DNA of 64,000 nucleotides from an uncultured Verrucomicrobiae bacterium (GTDB lineage Bacteria; Verrucomicrobiota; Verrucomicrobiia; Limisphaerales; JAFGQR01): NCBI GenBank assembly GCA_963788655.1, contig CAWBHS010000026.1, positions 6,262 to 70,261 of the forward strand, read 5' to 3'. Shown piece by piece: positions 61,368 to 64,000 of this stretch (position 1 is its first letter; each line of letters starts with the position of its first letter). The notes under the pieces were generated by a model. It saw only the letters and a program-made list of their open reading frames with translations, ran no database searches and was not told where the DNA came from. The position numbers and the translations under genes were made by a program.

Positions 61368-62069
61368 CTATTTGTTGAAGCGGAAATTCACCACGTCGTA
61401 ATCCTGCATCACGTAAGTCTTCAGTTCCAACCGCTGTTTGTTGGCGCGTTTGGCCTGCGTTTCACCGCCGGCTTCAATGAAGTCGGCGTAACTGATGATT
61501 TCGGCGCGAATGAATCCCTTTTGAATATCCGTGTGAATTGTGCCCGCTGCCTCCCACGCAGTCGTTCCCTGGCGAATGGACCAAGCGCGGTTTTCTTTGC
61601 CGCCGACCGTCAGAAAACAAATATGATCGCTTTCTTGAAAGGCCCGCACCAGCAACGTTTCCGGCGCGGCGACTTCCTCGGCCGTGGCGACCACGATGGG
61701 TTTGTTGGAGCTGAACGAATGAATGGCCAACGGTTCCATCTCCTGCGGACTTAGCCGGGCCGCGTACACGGTTTGGTCGGCTTCGAGTTGCGCCTTCAGT
61801 TTGAGCAACGCGGTTTGTTCGTCTTCCGTCGGATTACGTCCCAAGCGAGTTTCAATGAAGTCCAGATCCTTGAAGATCAACTCGAGGAAGCCATCCTGGT
61901 TGGTCAGCACACTATCGGCATCCACCAGTTCATCGTCGCCCACCACGTCCACCTGGGCATAAATTTTCTTCTTCGCCTCGACGAGTTTGTCAGCCGCGTC
62001 AAGGCGGGGATCTTTGATATTATGTTTGCCACTCGGAATGGCGGACAGGCCGAACGCACAGATTTTCAC
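61368..62069 (-). CDS. YchF-related protein lacking a canonical G domain (DUF933/TGS C-terminus)
   Basis: 233 aa. C-terminus GTIHTDIQKGFIRAEIISYADFIEAGG...YVMQDYDVVNFRFN is YchF-like. The N-terminus FGLSAIPSGKHN replaces GxxGxGKS/T, and no DxxG motif is seen. Confidence 0.65.
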   Translation of the reverse strand: MKICAFGLSAIPSGKHNIKDPRLDAADKLVEAKKKIYAQVDVVGDDELVDADSVLTNQDGFLELIFKDLDFIETRLGRNPTEDEQTALLKLKAQLEADQTVYAARLSPQEMEPLAIHSFSSNKPIVVATAEEVAAPETLLVRAFQESDHICFLTVGGKENRAWSIRQGTTAWEAAGTIHTDIQKGFIRAEIISYADFIEAGGETQAKRANKQRLELKTYVMQDYDVVNFRFNK

Positions 62070-62128
62070 GCGGCTTCATTAAGTGGCCCGCGCTCCGTGG
62101 TCAAGGAAGGAACGGGAAAAAACGCGCT

Positions 62129-62476
62129 TCAACCGAAGGTACTGCCTCGCCAGCCCCAATTGGAAGCCGGCACATCGGTAAAATTCACATAGACGCGTTC
62201 CGGCGGAATGGCCAAAGAAGTCTCCAAAAGCCCGCAGACTTTCTGGCAAATCTTCTGGTTCACTTCCCCGTTGAGGCCGCCGATGCTGCGCACTTCCACA
62301 AACGCCGCCGGGGCTGTTTGCCCGGACATCCGGATGGCGGCGGGCTCCAGCACGGCCATTACATATTGCTCCGGCTTGCCGATGCTCTCGACCAGCAACT
62401 GGGAAAGCTGGGGCAACAGTTCGGCTTGTCGGTCGTCCGCGACCGGCACCGAGGTATGGACTTTGATTAGTGGCAT
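62129..62476 (-). CDS. MIF/tautomerase-superfamily protein (phenylpyruvate tautomerase-like)
   Basis: 115 aa starting MP (catalytic Pro1): MPLIKVHTSV...GKPEQYVMAVLEP...FVEVRSIGGL...RVYVNFTDV. Confidence 0.75.
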   Translation of the reverse strand: MPLIKVHTSVPVADDRQAELLPQLSQLLVESIGKPEQYVMAVLEPAAIRMSGQTAPAAFVEVRSIGGLNGEVNQKICQKVCGLLETSLAIPPERVYVNFTDVPASNWGWRGSTFG

Positions 62477-62613
62477 AGCACCCGGAGTTTAATCCCCACG
62501 GCCAAAAGCACAAATGAATCCCACAGTGTCACAAGGAAGCCGGTGAAGTGTTAGCGGGTTGGAGGGTTGAAGGTGAATTTTTCAGACGCCAAAACCGTCA
62601 ACAGCAGAACACT

Positions 62614-63636
62614 ATGAAAATCACATCGCTCAAATCGATTCGCACGTTTTTATCCGTGGCGGCCTTGACCGCCGTGTTAGCGCCCGCCTGGGCGGCTGAT
62701 AACCCGTTTGTCGGCCGCTGGGCTTTGACCATTCCCGGTGGCGGGGCCGGCTGGCTCGGGGTGACCCACGAAAACGGTTATTACGACGCTTCCCTGCTAT
62801 GGGGCGGCGGCAGCGTAATGCCTATGGACAGCGTGTTCTTTAACAACGACCAGGACACGATGTTTGTCGTCCGCATTAACGAGGTTAAACGCAAGGATAA
62901 ACAGGGCAAGGTCGTACGCACGCAACGGTTTCCCGAGGTCCTCATGGCCAAGGTATCGGGCGACACCCTGGAATTAACTCAACTGCGTCCTGGCGACAAT
63001 GGGATTTCGCGGAACGAGTTCACCGGCAATCGGATTCCGCCCGTGCCACCGGCTCCCGACTTGTCCGCAGTCAAGTTTGGCAAACCTATCGTGCTCTTTG
63101 ACGGCAAGAATTTGGACGGTTGGCGCTTGACCAATCCGAATGGCGCCAGCGGCTGGAGCGTGCAGGATGGGGTGTTGATAAACCGCCCGGTTCAGCAGGA
63201 GGGCAAGCCGCACAAGAATTACAGCAACCTGCGAACTGATCAGGAATTCAATGACTTCAATCTTAAACTGGAAACCCGGGTACCCAAAGGCGGCAACAGC
63301 GGCATCTATCTGCGGGGCATTTACGAAGTGCAGGTCGCCGATACTTACGGAAACGCGCCGGATTCGCACGGCATGGGCGGCGTCTATAGTCGCATCACGC
63401 CCAAAGTCAATGCGGCCAAGCCCGCCGGAGAATGGCAGACGTACGACATCACCCTGGTGGATCGCCATGTGACCGTGGTGCTGAACGGGCAGAAAGTCAT
63501 CGACAACCAAACGTTGCTCGGCTGCACCGGCGGTGCCCTCTGGTCCGATGAATTTCGTCCAGGCCCGCTGTATCTCCAGGGCGATCACACTGGTGTGGAC
63601 TACCGCAACATCGTGATGCGCCCGGTGATCAAGTAG
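62614..63636 (+). CDS. secreted DUF1080 (3-keto-disaccharide hydrolase-like) domain protein
   Basis: ATG 62614: MKITSLKSIRTFLSVAALTAVLAPAWA. DGWRLTN...WSVQDGVL, NSGIYLRGIYEVQV, GEWQTYDITL and GPLYLQGDHTGVDYRNIVMRPV. Confidence 0.8.
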   Translation: MKITSLKSIRTFLSVAALTAVLAPAWAADNPFVGRWALTIPGGGAGWLGVTHENGYYDASLLWGGGSVMPMDSVFFNNDQDTMFVVRINEVKRKDKQGKVVRTQRFPEVLMAKVSGDTLELTQLRPGDNGISRNEFTGNRIPPVPPAPDLSAVKFGKPIVLFDGKNLDGWRLTNPNGASGWSVQDGVLINRPVQQEGKPHKNYSNLRTDQEFNDFNLKLETRVPKGGNSGIYLRGIYEVQVADTYGNAPDSHGMGGVYSRITPKVNAAKPAGEWQTYDITLVDRHVTVVLNGQKVIDNQTLLGCTGGALWSDEFRPGPLYLQGDHTGVDYRNIVMRPVIK

Positions 63637-63657
63637 ATCAACCGCAGCCCTTGACCC

Positions 63658-63726
63658 GTAGCAGCCGACGTGAGTCGGCTCTGATTCCAACTTTCGGAAA
63701 GAGAGCGGACTCACGTCCGCTGCTAC
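63658..63726. repeat. REP pair of two hairpins in inverted orientation (gtagcagccgacgtgagtcggctc family)
   Basis: 63658-63681 and 63703-63726. Each arm is itself a 7-bp hairpin (agccgac/gtcggct; agcggac/gtccgct). Confidence 0.8.
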
Positions 63727-63787
63727 GAGGTTAATGGGGTTGGGTGAGAGCCTCAGACGTCGCCGGCGTGCGTTTGTGAAATCCCAA

Positions 63788-64000
63788 TCAAACCTGCTTG
63801 GTCAAGCGCACTCCCAGGCGCAGCAACTTCTGCGCATCTTCCGGCGAACGGGCTTCGGCATAAATCCGCAAAATGGGTTCGGTGCCGGAGCCCCGAAGCA
63901 TCAGCCATGAAGTGTCCTCAGCGATGTATTTAACGCCGTCACAGGTGACCATGTTGCCCACGGGCGAACGGAGCAAGCGCGTTGGCGGATTGGTCCGGCA
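63788..64000 (-). CDS. alpha-D-phosphohexomutase (phosphoglucomutase/phosphomannomutase family), C-terminal end; the gene continues beyond the window
   Basis: ...WLMLRGSGTEPILRIYAEARSPEDAQKLL is the conserved domain-IV RxSGTEP loop. Confidence 0.7.
   Translation of the reverse strand, partial: CRTNPPTRLLRSPVGNMVTCDGVKYIAEDTSWLMLRGSGTEPILRIYAEARSPEDAQKLLRLGVRLTKQV

Overview
GC-rich chromosomal window. Gene content points to a diderm PVC-superphylum bacterium, Verrucomicrobiota-like. This is an inference from DUF1080, ThuA, heparinase II/III, GH29/GH39/GH9, waaA, Wza/Wzc, PilT and many REP-like palindromes; I could run no search. About 55 genes can be supported. They include glycan-degradation genes, an EPS export block (Wzc-Wza-OM barrel) next to tRNA-Asp, a housekeeping block (fabH-plsX-rpmF-yceD-coaD), mfd, waaA and pilT. 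Two accessory systems stand out. (1) A diversity-generating retroelement at 16.9-21.4 kb: an 824-aa surface protein with an FGE-sulfatase/C-type-lectin C-terminus carrying the variable repeat, an HRDC-domain accessory gene (no Avd seen), a DGR-type reverse transcriptase, and an AAC-rich template repeat embedded in the RT 3' end. Toxin-antitoxin loci sit on both sides. (2) A tightly coupled operon at 36.5-41.5 kb with three WXG100-like helical proteins, a coiled-coil protein and a 2-TM/coiled-coil FtsK-SpoIIIE ATPase, abutting a Ser/Thr kinase. This is a type VII-like signature in a diderm lineage, with no other recognisable T7SS parts. Almost every long intergenic region holds REP/MITE-like palindromes of at least 8 families, including a 4 x 120-bp tandem array. 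Roughly 30 reading-frame breaks, very unevenly spread, split otherwise recognisable genes including essential ones. This looks mostly like indel error in the assembly rather than true pseudogenes. All identifications rest on motif recognition by eye; none is database-verified.
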